From NCBI GenBank assembly GCA_035221665.1, contig CM069138.1, positions 71,548,001 to 71,612,000 on the forward strand: a DNA stretch of 64,000 nt, written 5' to 3'. A program made the position numbers and the translations under genes. Within the stretch, counting starts at the first letter, position 1; each line of letters starts with the position of its first letter. The DNA comes from Okamejei kenojei (taxonomy: Eukaryota). The notes under the pieces were generated by a model. The model was not told the DNA's origin and searched no databases. It saw nothing but the letters and a program-made list of their open reading frames with translations. This document shows, piece by piece, positions 51,277 through 63,690 of the stretch.

Positions 51277-51628
51277 TCAGGGACCCAAGCAGTCCTTCCA
51301 GGTCCGACAGAGGTTCACCTGCACCTCCTCCAACCTCATCTACTGCATCCGCTGCTCCAGATGCCAGATGATCTATATCGGTGAGACCAAGCGGAGGCTT
51401 GACGATCGTTTCGCCGAACACCTCCGCTCGGTCCGCATTAACCAACCCGACCTCCCGGTGGCTCAGTACTTCAACTCCCCCTCCCATTCTGTATCCGACC
51501 TCTCGGTCCTGGGCCTCCTCCACGGCCAGAGTGAGCGACACTGCAAGCTGGAGGAACAGCACCTCATATTCCGCTTGGGGAATCTGCATCCTCTGGGCTT
51601 GAACATTGAATTTTCTCAATTCTGTTAA
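51277..51628 (+). pseudogene. GIY-YIG endonuclease C-terminal fragment of the Penelope ORF (no RT domain)
   Basis: QGPKQSFQVRQRFTCTSSNLIYCIRCSRCQMIYIGETKRRLDDRFAEHLRSVR...LEEQHLIFRLGNLHPLGLNIEFSQFC*. Confidence 0.88.
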
Positions 51629-51859
51629 CCCTTGCTGGCTCCTCCCCTTCCCACCTCTCCCTCAGCCCTCGGACCCTGGCATTCCCTCTCTCTCTATTTC
51701 TCCCCCACCCTAGTCGCACTAGCTTCTCATTTTCACACTACAAACAGCTTACAATGGCTTGTTCCCTTTATCATCGATACTTTTTTGCATATCTTTCATT
51801 CATTGTTCTTTATCTCTCCACATCACCGTCTCTATCTCTCGTTTCCCTGATCCCTGCCC

Positions 51860-51895
51860 AGTCTGAAGAAGGGTCTCGACCCGAAACGTCGCCTA
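51860..51895 (+). ncRNA. Minimal hammerhead ribozyme-like motif in the Penelope terminal repeat
   Basis: CTGAAGA (51863-51869), A, stem-loop GGGT-CTCG-ACCC, GAAA, C, GTC. A mirror copy lies on the minus strand at ~50630-50662. Penelope elements are known to carry minimal hammerheads. Helices I and III are very short here, so activity is unproven. Confidence 0.6.
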
Positions 51896-52188
51896 TCTCC
51901 TTCGCTCCTTAGATGCTGCTGCACCTGCTGAGTTTCTCCCGCCTTTTGTGTACCCTCGATTCTCCAGCATCTGCAGTTCCTTCTTTAATACAGGAATGCT
52001 CCTTGGCTAAAAGTCAGTACTTTTAGATCCTAATTTATGAAGATGGAGAGAATAAGTGCCATACTGATAGCAATATACACTGAGCTGTATTAGCCCTTCT
52101 AATGACTTTAATAATTTGCCATTTTATCCTCATGCCAATGGACTCTTCTTTAATCTTTAAAGGTAAAAGTATTTTTCTATTGAAAGGT

Positions 52189-52440
52189 ATTAGTTTAGTT
52201 TTAAGATATAGCACAGAAACATGCCCTTTGGCCCACCGAGCCATCACCAACCAGCGATCCCCGTACACTAACACAATCCTGCACACTAAGGGAAATTTAC
52301 AATTTTTACCGAAGCCAAATTAACCTGAAAACATGTACATCTTTGGAGTGTGAGAGGAAACCGGAGCACCCAGGGAAAACCCACGCGTTCACGGGGAGAA
52401 CTTACAAACTCCATACAGACAGCAGCCGTAGTGAGGATAA
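52189..52440 (-). mobile_element. tRNA-SINE, 5'-truncated
   Basis: ttagtttagtt tail, accagcgatccccgtacactaacac, gaaaacccacgcgttcacggggagaac; reverse complement of the 11870-12130 type. Confidence 0.85.
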
Positions 52441-53725
52441 CCCATATGGACTTGAACTTAATCAGGTAGGCGGAACAATAAAAGTAAAAAAAAATGTTGG
52501 ATAGTTTGTTTTCTTGAAATTTAATCAGGGAGAATTATAAAATTACAAGTAGCAGGAGTGTAGAAAAAGAAATGAAGATTGAAAGCAGAGTTGGAAACAT
52601 ACTATTGTCAACAGCAAGTCTTGCCCTTCAACTAAGTGAAATTGGGAATGAGCTAACCCTTGTGAGTGGCATCCTGCAGCACATGCCATTATCTGTGCTC
52701 TGCAGCTTTTTTTGGTGTCTGATTTATTATTAGGATCTGTTTATGCAAACAGCCATACAAATATTTAACCATTTGAAAGCAGCTCATAATCATTTGCTTT
52801 GTTCCTAATCTGCAGTGAAATAGTAAATCAGTGGTGATGCAAATAAAAACCAGGGTAAGTGAAACACAAGCCAAAAAAACAAGACTATTAATGGACAAAT
52901 GTATAAAGCTTTCATACAATGTTACACAGTGCATTACCTCTCATAATAACAAAAGAGGACTCACATATGAGTGCACATGATTGTTCACTAATACCGCCAA
53001 CACTATATTCTAACCTAAGACCTCTGTAAACGAACTGTATTGTACTGCATTGATGAATACTAACCATTTGGCCTTATCAGAAAGAAACCTCACAATTAAG
53101 TGGAAGATGTACTTTTTAGAAGAGGAATGAGAAAAAGAGGTATCCCTTTCACTGAGGGCAGAAGGTTAACCATTACTTTTAAAAACAATATAGTCCGTGT
53201 TAGTAGTAAAAGTAGGTCAGTGCATTCAAAGCATTAAATCACCTATTTTAGTCTAGTAGATTTAACACAGATTTATTCAAATGATCATCAGTCTATTCAA
53301 GTTGTGCGTGGGCCAATTCACCCAGCAGCTCCAGTAATAACCATCACAAGCCTCAGAGGGTTATTGACTGACCAATTCTCTAGTTTGATGATGTTACATG
53401 GACTGACAGATCTACAAAAATGCTGATGCTGTAGGGAAAGAGTTGACAGGCCTTGGGTAGTCTACGTACAGCTAGAGGATTAGTCACGTAATCTCATCAT
53501 GCATAAAAATATATTAATCATTCAAATATGTAACTGTAAACTGATGCGGATATGTTGTATAGGATCAGATATCACTTAACGTTGAAGTGAAATCCTCAGA
53601 ATTGGATTTGAAAACTGTTTCTCGACATTCTCAATATTTATCAAGTTGGGTGATGTTTTTTCCAAACTAAGCACCGATGTAAGTGAACAAAATAGCGCTA
53701 AAGCTTGGTAACCCTCAATACCAAT

Positions 53726-53759
53726 GTTCCTTCTATCAAACAGTTCCTTCTATCAAACA
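53726..53759. repeat. 17-bp tandem duplication
   Basis: gttccttctatcaaaca x2. Confidence 0.9.
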
Positions 53760-54344
53760 CCTCTCTTTGGACATTTCTAAGTAGCCTTATAAGCATGTAG
53801 GCTTTCCCTCTAAGAATAACAAAGGCAACACTTGGGAACACCTGCTGATTTCCCTCAAAGTCGTACACTATCCTGACTCTGGAGTTTGGTGTTGACCTTT
53901 CATTGTTGCAGAGTCTGAATGCTGGAGCTCCCTACCAAAAGCAAAAATCACCATAAAGTTACCATTAGGTAATAAATGTTGGCGTTTGCCTGCCGTGCCC
54001 ACGCCCCATTAATATGACAGAGGCCACAGGCTTCCATAATGGTGGATGGTGGAAAGTCATCACCCACTTATTGGATCATTTTCTCCCTAAGTAGCTCTGC
54101 CTCCTTAAAGCAGCGAATGATGTATTAAAAAAAAAGGATCCTAGTTTGGTTGGTGGACCAAATGTTCTGAATTTGGATGCTAGTGAGTAGATGGGTCCCA
54201 TATGAGCTTGCACTACAGCCCTGCGAAACATTATTCCAGTAAAAGAAAAAGAAGAGAAAAATCCCTCTGCAGTAGCTCCACAAGCTTTATCATTCACCAT
54301 GGCCAGGGTATCACCCCTTCCAATCTGTACAATAAGGAAAGGTA

Positions 54345-55040
54345 GAAGATACGGTAGACTCAGTGATGATGTTGCCCCTGGCAGGGCTTTAGAGACCAAA
54401 GAGGCCATGATCTTCATGTAAGGAGTCATCCACTCAGGACATTTCTTCGGCCCTCTTCGGTCGTGGCTGACCATGGGTGTCTCCAGGGTGCTATTCCCTA
54501 TATGGAGGATGCCTATGCGTGACTTTATTTACCGTGGGGAGACTGGTGCACAGCAGGCACCCCACAGTCATTGACAGATCTGGGTCAGGATCCAACGGCA
54601 TGGAGTCCAAGACGACTGAAGACCCTTTTCTGCTGCAGCCTTCATCCGCCTTCCCAGCCGTTGTGACGCTCCACTGTGATGCTCTTTGTCACAGACCTCC
54701 CCCTCGACCTTACTGACATTGGTGGCCCGACCAGGAGCGTAGCTCCAGACGGCATCGCTCTCAGCTCCATACAAGCGTCTCCAGCACGACAAGGTGACAA
54801 TCAGGACAAGGATGAGAAGACATTTCTACAACCAGAGATGTTGAATTTTTGGAATCGCCTGTACAAGATGGTTATGGAGGTTCATCCACTGAATATGTTC
54901 AATGTATAGCTTGATCAATAATTGGTCATTGAAAAGTTTAAAGAATATAGGTGTGAGAACTGGAAAAGCGGTGAGATTCAGGCATGATGCTTTTGGAGCA
55001 GGCATAAGTAGCCAAATGCCCTATCCCACTTTTATTTCTT
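54345..55040 (+). mobile_element. Old CR1 3' fragment split by a nested insertion
   Basis: gatgttgcccctggcagg...agaggccatgatcttcatgtaaggagtcatccactcaggaca continues after 54808 as aggatgagaagacatttctacaaccagagatgttgaatttttggaat. Confidence 0.6.
54442..54800 (-). mobile_element. Short non-autonomous RTE-like element
   Basis: TSD TCAGGACA at 54434-54441 and 54801-54808. The minus strand starts ttgtcaccttgtcgtg...gagcgatgccgtc...gggccacc...tgacaaag, resembling RTE/BovB-clade 5' UTRs (recalled), and ends gaagaaa. Confidence 0.65.
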
Positions 55041-55049
55041 AAACTTTAA

Positions 55050-55350
55050 CAGGGTAGAAAGTCTGAACATTTTTCCCCAGGTGAAATTCAAGTACTTGAG
55101 GGCATAGCTTTAAAGTGAGAGGGGCAAAGTTTAAAGGAGATGTGCAGAGCATAGAGAGTGGTGAGTGTCTGGAATGTATTGCCAGAGTTGGTTGTGAAGA
55201 CAGATACGATAGTGGCACATGGACATGTAGGAAATGGAGGGATATGAATCACACACAGGCAGATGATATTGGTTTAACTTGGCATCATGTTTGGCATGGT
55301 CATTGTAGGCTGATGGGCCAGTTCCTGTGCTTTACTGTTCTATGGTCTAA
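55050..55350 (+). mobile_element. CR1 LINE 3' fragment
   Basis: gagggcatagctttaaagtgagaggggcaaagtttaaaggagatgtgc...ctgtgctttactgttctatggtcta. Confidence 0.75.
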
Positions 55351-55782
55351 CGTATAGTGAGTTCAGTTTAGTGTTCTGGCAGAGTTGGTCTCCTCGCTAG
55401 TGGCATTTTGGGGGTGGTTTTTGATGGTTTCCAGACCTGCAAACACTGGAGGGACCACATATCCACTGCCGATTAATCCCAGAATAAACGTTCGGTGATA
55501 AACAGGGCAGCTTTCAGCTGGTTGGGATGGAACTTTAGATTCCAGTGCAGATGCAGAATTTAGATAAGTGGACTTCATTCCATTCTTCTGTCTATTATTG
55601 GGCCAGGCTGACGTACAGTGCCATTTTCAACTGCTTAGAATATTCTCAATTGTAAAATGGTATTGAAAGTTTTCATAAGTCACCCAACTTGTGATCATAG
55701 TAGATGAAGGAAAAAGATCAGTGGGACTCTGAGTATAAAGCAAGATTATATGTGGCACCTGATGCAGTCAGGTCTTTGTAGG

Positions 55783-55809
55783 GACTCAAAAGGCTGGAGA
55801 AACTCAGCG
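55783..55809 (-). mobile_element. 27-bp Penelope terminus insertion
   Basis: caaaaggctggagaaactcagc is identical to the start of the 50561 element. Flanked by GGTCTTTGTAGG at 55771-55782 and 55810-55821. Confidence 0.8.
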
Positions 55810-57646
55810 GGTCTTTGTAGGTAGTCCACTCAGCACTGTTCCTGAGTTACTTTTACCATATGTCCAGTTTGCTGTGAAATCTTGAGGTGTATTTCCTTAC
55901 AGTCACAGCACATCAGAAATGTGACGCAGGGTCCAGTGTTATGGGGCACCGAGAAAATAGATCAAAACAGATCGGGGTGGAACATGTTGCTATTTTCTCA
56001 CTTCAGTGCTTTACTTTCCTTGAAGCTTGTGTGTAAGCTTGGCACATGCACTATCTTGTGCATTAACCCACTTGCTTGGTAATTGTCTTTTGTTTTCAGC
56101 TTAGTAAATGGTTGTCTTTCCCCTGTGCTTTTCCCAATTGATACAAGTGTGCAGAGACACAAATAATCAGGTTATTAATGTGCACACCTTTGTGTTACCT
56201 TCCTTTTGCTCCAAGCATCTGCCAGGATAACAAAAGATTTGTACGTGTTGCATTTGGGCACATTTCCACCACACCGAATCGCCAGTCTATGAGGTCTCAT
56301 TCGGGTTAATGCAACAGCAGCCAGGCGTCTGTGATGAAGCTGTATTGCTGTTCCTGCCAAAGTAATTTCTGAGCAAAAATAAAAGGTTCAAGGCTTGTCA
56401 GCATTAGCAGCTAGATAGCTGCTTAGACCTAATGAGAAATCGGACATTGCTAGACTCTGAGCTATCTTGCCAGAGTCATTTTTCCTGCTTGCCTTTTGTC
56501 GGAACGACAGAAAGAGATGTTGTTCAATTAAAACCTCTGACCTGTTGTGGGCTCTTGGAGACAGCCCATTTCATGCTGGTGATGTGAGTGATTGGCAAAA
56601 TTTAGACAGTTTGGAACCATGCAGTATTTTTTTTAACGTTGCTGGTATATTCAAAGCAACAAAAAAATAATTGACACTTCCTGTTAGCTGGTTTCCATAG
56701 TGATGCACATTCCCAGGAGAAATTTGATATAATTAAATTAGGCTTCTTTTGATGTCAATAAATTAAAAGGATAGATTGTCCTTAAGGCAGTGATCCCTCT
56801 TGTATTTACTATAACTACTAGTTCATGTTTCTCTTTTTATAGTCGTAGGAGTACGCCAAATAAAATTGACTTAAAATTACTTTGCCATAAATTCACATTT
56901 ATATTGTCCTGTCTATATGTATAGAAGTTAGTATTTCATTGGAAATTAATTGAAGATTGGCAAGTATATGGCAATATATTTTGATCCTGTTTAGAAATTA
57001 ATTTAAAATGGATAAAGTTATCTACACAATGTTACTTCCTTCTGGTAACAGCAGAAATATTTAATCATTTCTATTTATTTTATAAAATCTCAACTTTATA
57101 ATATTAAATCATATTTCAGTTTGAAGCATGACCAATGGAAACTCTTTCTCATCAATATGCTTTTATGTTTTCATGGTTTGATCATTAATATCCATCTAAA
57201 GTTTATTGTTATGTTAATCAGTAGTTATGTACATCCTTTTATAAAATAAAAAACATTCCTGGAAATTTGGTTTTTAATTGATGTATTTCCAGTAGATTGG
57301 GCAAGGAAAATAAAAATACATTTACCATGTGCAATATTTTGTCATTAAAATGTTCTGCTGAATTTGTGTCATAAATGCTGACAATTCATTGATCATGATG
57401 CTTCATACTATCACAATTTTAACTATGTTTTCATCTGTTTTGCAGAGATACAAATGCACAAGTAGTTATTGAATATTGTCACGTTAATAGTACTATTAAA
57501 TCATTTGTAAATTGTAGGCCAATTCTGCAGTCTCTGAATAAAAAAAAATGCGTGTTAATCCAAGCTGACAATCAAGGTGAACCAAAGATTTGGCAAGGAC
57601 CATTTGTATTCTTACATTTTAAAATGCGGTTTTCCTCCTTTTTCAG

Positions 57647-57757
57647 GTGTGCGCCTAGACAGGGTGCGTGGGGGACGGCAGAAGTACAAGCGCAGGATAG
57701 ATGCAGAGAACAGCCCTTACTTGAACCCTCAGCTGGTCCAACCAGCCAAAAAGCCAT
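57647..57757 (+). CDS. ESRRG: ESRRG exon: C-terminal extension and hinge
   Basis: tttttcag|GT GTG CGC...CCA T|gtaagg, 111 bp, encoding (G)[36 protein letters not shown]. Confidence 0.98.
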
Positions 57758-60108
57758 GTAAGGATAAAGAATTTTTTTAAATATTATATCGTGCATTAGC
57801 TATTAGCATATAAAACTTCAGCATGTTAATTTACAAATTACACACTGTAAAACAATAGCATGTCTTATCTATTTCAGTGTATTCAACCTGCACCCACATC
57901 TAGTTAAAGAGTTTGTAAACAGATGGGAGTGATGATAGTGCAGAACTAATCCAGTCTCCATTTTATAAATCACCAGAGTTTGTTTTTCATCAAGGATAGC
58001 ATGATGTACTTTATGAAAAATGATGTACAGTCATGTGGAAATATTTTGAAATGTCCATATATTTTTTTCTGGGCAGTCCAATTAAACGTGAAGTCTGCAA
58101 TGGCAACACTGCCACAACATTTTATCTTAAATTACAATTTGAATACTAAAAATGTTTAATTTTGTTGTTTTGAAAAAGTCCCGTATAAATTTAAATTTTG
58201 CTTTTATTTGTACCCCTTGACTGATTTAAAATAAGGATTATTAAACAACATTGAACATTGACATTATTAAACATATCTGCGGTGTGTATTTTTCTGATCT
58301 CGAAGCTAACCATTGTGTTAAAGTCAAAATATTAGAATGAAGATTACAGATCTGCATAAGCTGGATATTGCCTTTTTTAAATCTTTAAGCTTTTATCAGG
58401 AGACTTTGCCATCAAGAGAGTAAATGTTACCTTTTAGATGTTGTTCCCTTCCTTCTCTTTTTTGGGTTGTAGCAAACACAGTAATTTTGTACCAATAATT
58501 ATTTTTCTTACTGAGGTTGCAATAGCTTTCTAATTGAAAATATATAATTTTTCATACTGATGATATTTGATATTGGCAAATACTGTAACATTGCATCTAG
58601 AATAGAGGAACAAACATTTTTTGTGGCGTGAACATTATATCATAATGTTTGTGCATAGCTCCGAGTCCTTTTTGAGCTTAGTGTTGCACAGGCTTATTCA
58701 AGACTGAAAATGTTTGTATTTTCCAACATATTCTTTCTATTAAATAATAAATAATTAAGTATAGCTGAAAGCATTTCATGGAATTTCAGATGTTAATCAG
58801 ACTAGACCTCACACTTTTACAAGGGAGGGCGTAATATACTATATTGATGAAACATTGCATTCACGTTTAAAGTTCTGTAAGTCAAATTATGTTAGGCTTT
58901 TGCATTGAAGCTCGTTCTATCAAAGTTGAGTCTTTAATACACATATCCAAAGAACACAATGTAACTAGATTACATCTATTCAGTTTTTGATTTCCTCAAA
59001 TGAGTATTTACAAAGCCTTTGGTTTGCATCTCACCTTAAAACAAAATTATTAATTTTTAAAAATCCAAAAAGCAAATGTATATAATTTGTTAAAGATGCA
59101 TACTCCATCTTTTACAACTCCTGCCTGAAATATACAGCAGGGTAATTTTGTGAACCCTGGAGGAAACAATACTAAGTTAATAAAAGCGACAAATAAATGA
59201 TTTGCCATTTACTTTTGCTAGAGGTGATGCCATTTTAATACTCTAATTTTTTTTTATATAGAAATTGTTCAGAGGGACTAGAAGCAAGTTGTGATTTTTT
59301 TTCCTAAACATATGCTTCCCATAATGATATTTCCTGACAAATAATAACTATTGCAGATAAGGACTGAGTCACGTCATATTATGATTTCCTGTGCCACCGT
59401 GATACCTTAAAAATCTGATCATTTCCCTATCACTTGGGTCTCCAAACCAATAGTAAGGAGTAATGTGTATTTGTCTTTTATATCACTTGACTAAATGACT
59501 CAACTGGTTATATTGTGCATGGTCCTACAAATCAGAAATGTCTATATCCATATGTAACTTAGCGGGTGTTTTGAGTATTTGAGACTCACCGTTCTTTCCC
59601 TGTTTTAAAATTGCTTTGCTATGCCCATTTGTTTCCTCTAAGTTTTTAATTTATCGTAATTCATTTAGAATCTTTTCCAAGCTACAGCATCTTTGAATTG
59701 TAATAAGATTCCATTGTTGTTTGTGTCAATGATTTTGGATAGACTTACCATTTGTCAGTCATTATTTGCTAAATAATAACTGTTAATTTCATGTTGTTCG
59801 TTTAATAAGCAATCTTTTTATTTAAAAAATAAGTGTTGATAAAATACATGGTCAGTTTTTAACTTGTGTCAGGAAGTAGGGCATGTGTTGTGCTTTGAGT
59901 CTAAGAGATTTTCTAGCTCCTGATTGATTATTTGTGCATTACAAAGCCGTTCTGATGAAAATTGGGTTGTATTGATTCTAATTAAGGCAACATTAAATAA
60001 GATTTACCATGAGATACCGCTTGCAGCTACTCAATTCCCTGAGTGATGAGGCTGTCTAAACTGATGCAAACGTTTCATGCTTTCTCTTGCCTGGCCTTTC
60101 TATTCTAG

Positions 60109-60270
60109 TCAACAAGATTGTCTCACACTTGCTTGTGGCTGAGCCAGAGAAGATCTATGCCATGCCTGATCCCACCGTTCCTGACAGTGACATCAAGGCC
60201 CTTACTACACTATGTGATCTGGCTGATCGAGAACTGGTGGTCATCATTGGATGGGCAAAGCATATTCCAG
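60109..60270 (+). CDS. ESRRG: ESRRG exon: start of the ligand-binding domain; gene continues beyond the window
   Basis: ttctag|TC AAC AAG...CCA G|gtaaaa, 162 bp, encoding (F)[53 protein letters not shown]. Confidence 0.98.
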
Positions 60271-61751
60271 GTAAAAAAAAAAAAAAAATTTTAATGAAAC
60301 ATACACATTGCTAAGCAAGTCATGAAGATGAATAAAAGTGTCTTTAAGTGCTTGATGCTGACCATTCAACCAGCAAGAAACTCCAAAAATGTCTTTATTA
60401 AGAGGTGTTTTCTCCAAAGAAAAGCTATCAGCTTTCACTATTACATGACTCAAATAATGGATTAATGTACATGTGGTTTTATTCATATTTATTTTGGTCA
60501 TTTGTAAAGAAGCAAGATCAGAAATGGATTAACACTTTAGGATCACAGTAATAGTTCTGCATCAAAAAAACAGATCTCTTCTGATGAAATTCCCAGCCGT
60601 GTCCTTGCAGAACTCAGATGTTATCTGCTCTCTGAGGGGTAACCCACTAGACTACCCTTTCCTGTTGCCTGGACTGAAGGTTGCTTTTTGCCCGGTGACT
60701 AACCATAAATCTGGGCTCTCAGATAACCTGCACCATATCTCTGTATCTGAACTCATGGCTGTGACTATCAAACTGAATGACAGTGTGCTTTCATCTTCAT
60801 TGTCTTACGCTTCACCCATAGTCAGGTTTGAAAGATAAAATACATCAGGGTAGAGGGAAAAAAAAATAAGTGCATACTTGCACCAACTACAATTTGTATA
60901 TAACTTGAGGAATTGGGCTGTGGGAAAGTGAGATCTGAGAAGATGGATTAAGAAAACATCCCATTTTCTTTTATGGAGTCAGTTGTTCTAAGGATAGGGG
61001 TGCATTTCATGGAATGTCACATTGAAAACCAGTGACCAATGTCATTGTGTGAAGTCATTGAATGGTTTGCTTATCTGCAAAATATCCTTAGAACTGCACT
61101 TCCTAATACACCTCTAAAACGATCCTCTCCCACTGCCTTTCTTCACGTGTCTCGATGGCCTGCTGATCGAGGAAATCCTTTTTTCCTCGACATCTTTCCC
61201 AAAGGACCACAGAATATTTGAACGTGTGCTCCAACAAGTTATCACTTCATGTAGCAATGTGTAAAACATTAAGAATAACTTTTACCACCAAACGTTGTCT
61301 AGATTCACCTCCCTTTAAGTGGGTGCAGTCAGAATTTTGATCAACACTGGATATCTTGAACCATTTACAATGCCAAGGCCATTGGAGATGCATAAAGGCA
61401 ACCACAGCATTGGCTGTGTGCTGAAAACATTGAAAACAAGTGGGCAGCATACATTTCATGTGCTGCCTGTACTTGGATAATAAGCCAAGGGTTAATTTCA
61501 TATTGTGATCCCACTGTCAGTTTTCTACCGCAATCCAATTTAAACCCCAAAGTTCTTAATTGAAATAATCTGATGATCCAGGAGTGTATTTATATTGCAT
61601 TTGATCTAATCTTGGTTGTTGATTAGTTCTTTATTATTTATCAACTTTTGCCAATGCGCACTTAGGTTTGTAGAAGCTAATTCATTACATAAATATAATA
61701 TAATTAGTTCTGCCTTGCATTTCTTCGCATCTCAAGCTGATAATGTGACGC

Positions 61752-61878
61752 GGAGACATAAGAAAATGCAGATGGTGGAATCTGGAAGAGTAAACAAAGG
61801 AATTTAGCAGGTCAAGCAGCATCTGGAGGCTGGGGGTGTAGGAATGGTTGACACTTTGGGTCAAGAACCTGCATCAGC
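61752..61878 (-). mobile_element. Old Penelope terminal fragment
   Basis: aatgcagatggtggaatctgga...tagcaggtcaagcagcatctgg...gacactttgggtcaagaacctgcatcag. Confidence 0.6.
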
Positions 61879-63599
61879 CCTAAAGTGAATTTGACAATAT
61901 GATCCTGAATCCTGAGGAAAGATTGTCTGCAAGCTCGCTCACTTTCTAATAATGTCAGCTTTGACCATGGTGAACAAACCTTGACTTTAAAACTGATTTA
62001 GGCTGAGGCTTGCAAAGATCAAACCTCTAACATCCTTCCTCAAAGGGGAGTGGGTGGGTAAAAGTTAAATGCACGATTGAGACTTTTTCTCGGCAATGGC
62101 TGCGTTTTTTCTTAAGCTAAGTCCGTACAACAACAAAGAGCTCAGCTAGAACTTTCAGCTGTAAAAGACAGTTTAATTTAGTAATCTGTTCCACAGAAGA
62201 GACAAATTTGTGTGCCACATAGCCTCGGAAACATTATTTAATGGTGGTAGTGAATTAAGAAATAGGGTCTTGATAACATCAGCTTTTCTGATGTGCAGAA
62301 AGAGACCAAAGACATTGCTTTCATTAATTCTGTATCACAAAGCATTTAACTCAGCTGTGTCCACAACAGAGGCAAATATTTAAAGAAAATATAGAATGAC
62401 TTTATCAGCAAATAGAATTAGTCTACCCATGCTAATAAAGCAGCTGAACAGAAAGCGGGGCGTTATGAAATTTGAACAGTCCTTATCTGACAAAGAGCAC
62501 AATGAAATTAGACAGCACTTGACTTCGGTTATTTTAAGTTAAAGTGGAATGAGTGGGTACAAGAGACAGAGGCTGTGCCCTAATAGTCCTTTACTCTGAC
62601 AAGGCTCCCACCATTACCATCCTTTTATGTTCTCGGAAATTGCCCCTGCTCTCTATTCTGGCTCATATCTGTCTGTCTTTTTTTCTCTCTCTTTCAATTT
62701 TGTATGTGCTTGGATAAGCGCGTGCTAACACAATATGATTGAGCTGTAAAATGGAATCCTGTCGGCTTTAATCTCTTTTATGTAGATACTGTGGTACTTC
62801 CATACTCTGCTTCATCCAGTCTATTGTGAGTCAGAATGGACTGGGGAGTAATGCAGGCTGAATCAAATATTGCAGCTAGGTTTCACACATACGATAAAAA
62901 GATTATCAATACAGCAGTCAGACGTATTGTTAAGCTTTGTGTTGGATTAGAATATTCCTGTGTTACCACATTAGTAAAATACTGGAGGTGCATATTCAGG
63001 CATTGCTAGGAAGACACACTGCACTTCATCCCAATATTATAAGATTTAACATATCTTCTTTCTCTGTGTATTAGCTACATTCGACACAATGCTTGTTTGA
63101 CATCCGCCTACAAGTACTTTCTACATCTTTAGTATGTGGAACTTGCATGTTCTCAATGTTCTTCAGTAGAATATCTTTACCATTTCTATACATTTTTCAC
63201 CCAGATCATTACATTTGCTAAAAAAATAATATAAAATGTAGCTGCAGGGAAAGGAACACTGTCTTGTACCCGACATTTGAGAGTTAGATCCTGGATTTCA
63301 AGTTATGATCCTCTGCATTAAATTCTGCCCACTCCAAAGGCAGTGAGCTGAATTTCAAATTAAAAGCCGATGTATTCCTTGTGTCCTGGCGTGCAGGTCC
63401 TTCTCTATAACAGGCATTAATTAACTAATATTTACATGGCCAATCCATTTTGGCTCCCAGGCCTAGTCAGACGGGAAATAAGTGAACTTGCATTGAGCTT
63501 GATTCACACATATCCATCATGATCTGTTGGATCAAGTCTCATATATTCAAATGGAAACTGCTCAAAATAGTGTCATAAAATATTTCACTCGTGCGATTG

Positions 63600-63690
63600 G
63601 CACAGTTGATGAGATTAGGATAGATGGACAAAAAAGCTCAGCACGGACGTGGTGGGCCAAATGGCCTGGTTCTGTACTGTACAGCTCTGT
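63600..63690 (+). mobile_element. CR1/SINE 3' tail fragment
   Basis: cagcacggacgtggtgggccaaatggcctggttctgtactgtac. Confidence 0.55.

Larger units (their letters stand above)
50561..51987. mobile_element. Penelope-like retroelement insertion: two 5'-truncated copies head-to-head
   Basis: 14-bp TSD ATACAGGAATGCTC at 50547-50560 and 51988-52001. The minus arm (~50561-51195) and plus arm (~51277-51987) are near-identical. Both encode the GIY-YIG end NLIYCIRC...IYIGETKRRL..RFAEHLRS...GLNIEF. Confidence 0.93.

Noticed and set aside
50891-51619. 242-aa minus-strand ORF as a novel gene
   Set aside because: It is a chimera: the antisense of the plus Penelope arm read through the junction into the sense GIY-YIG of the minus arm.
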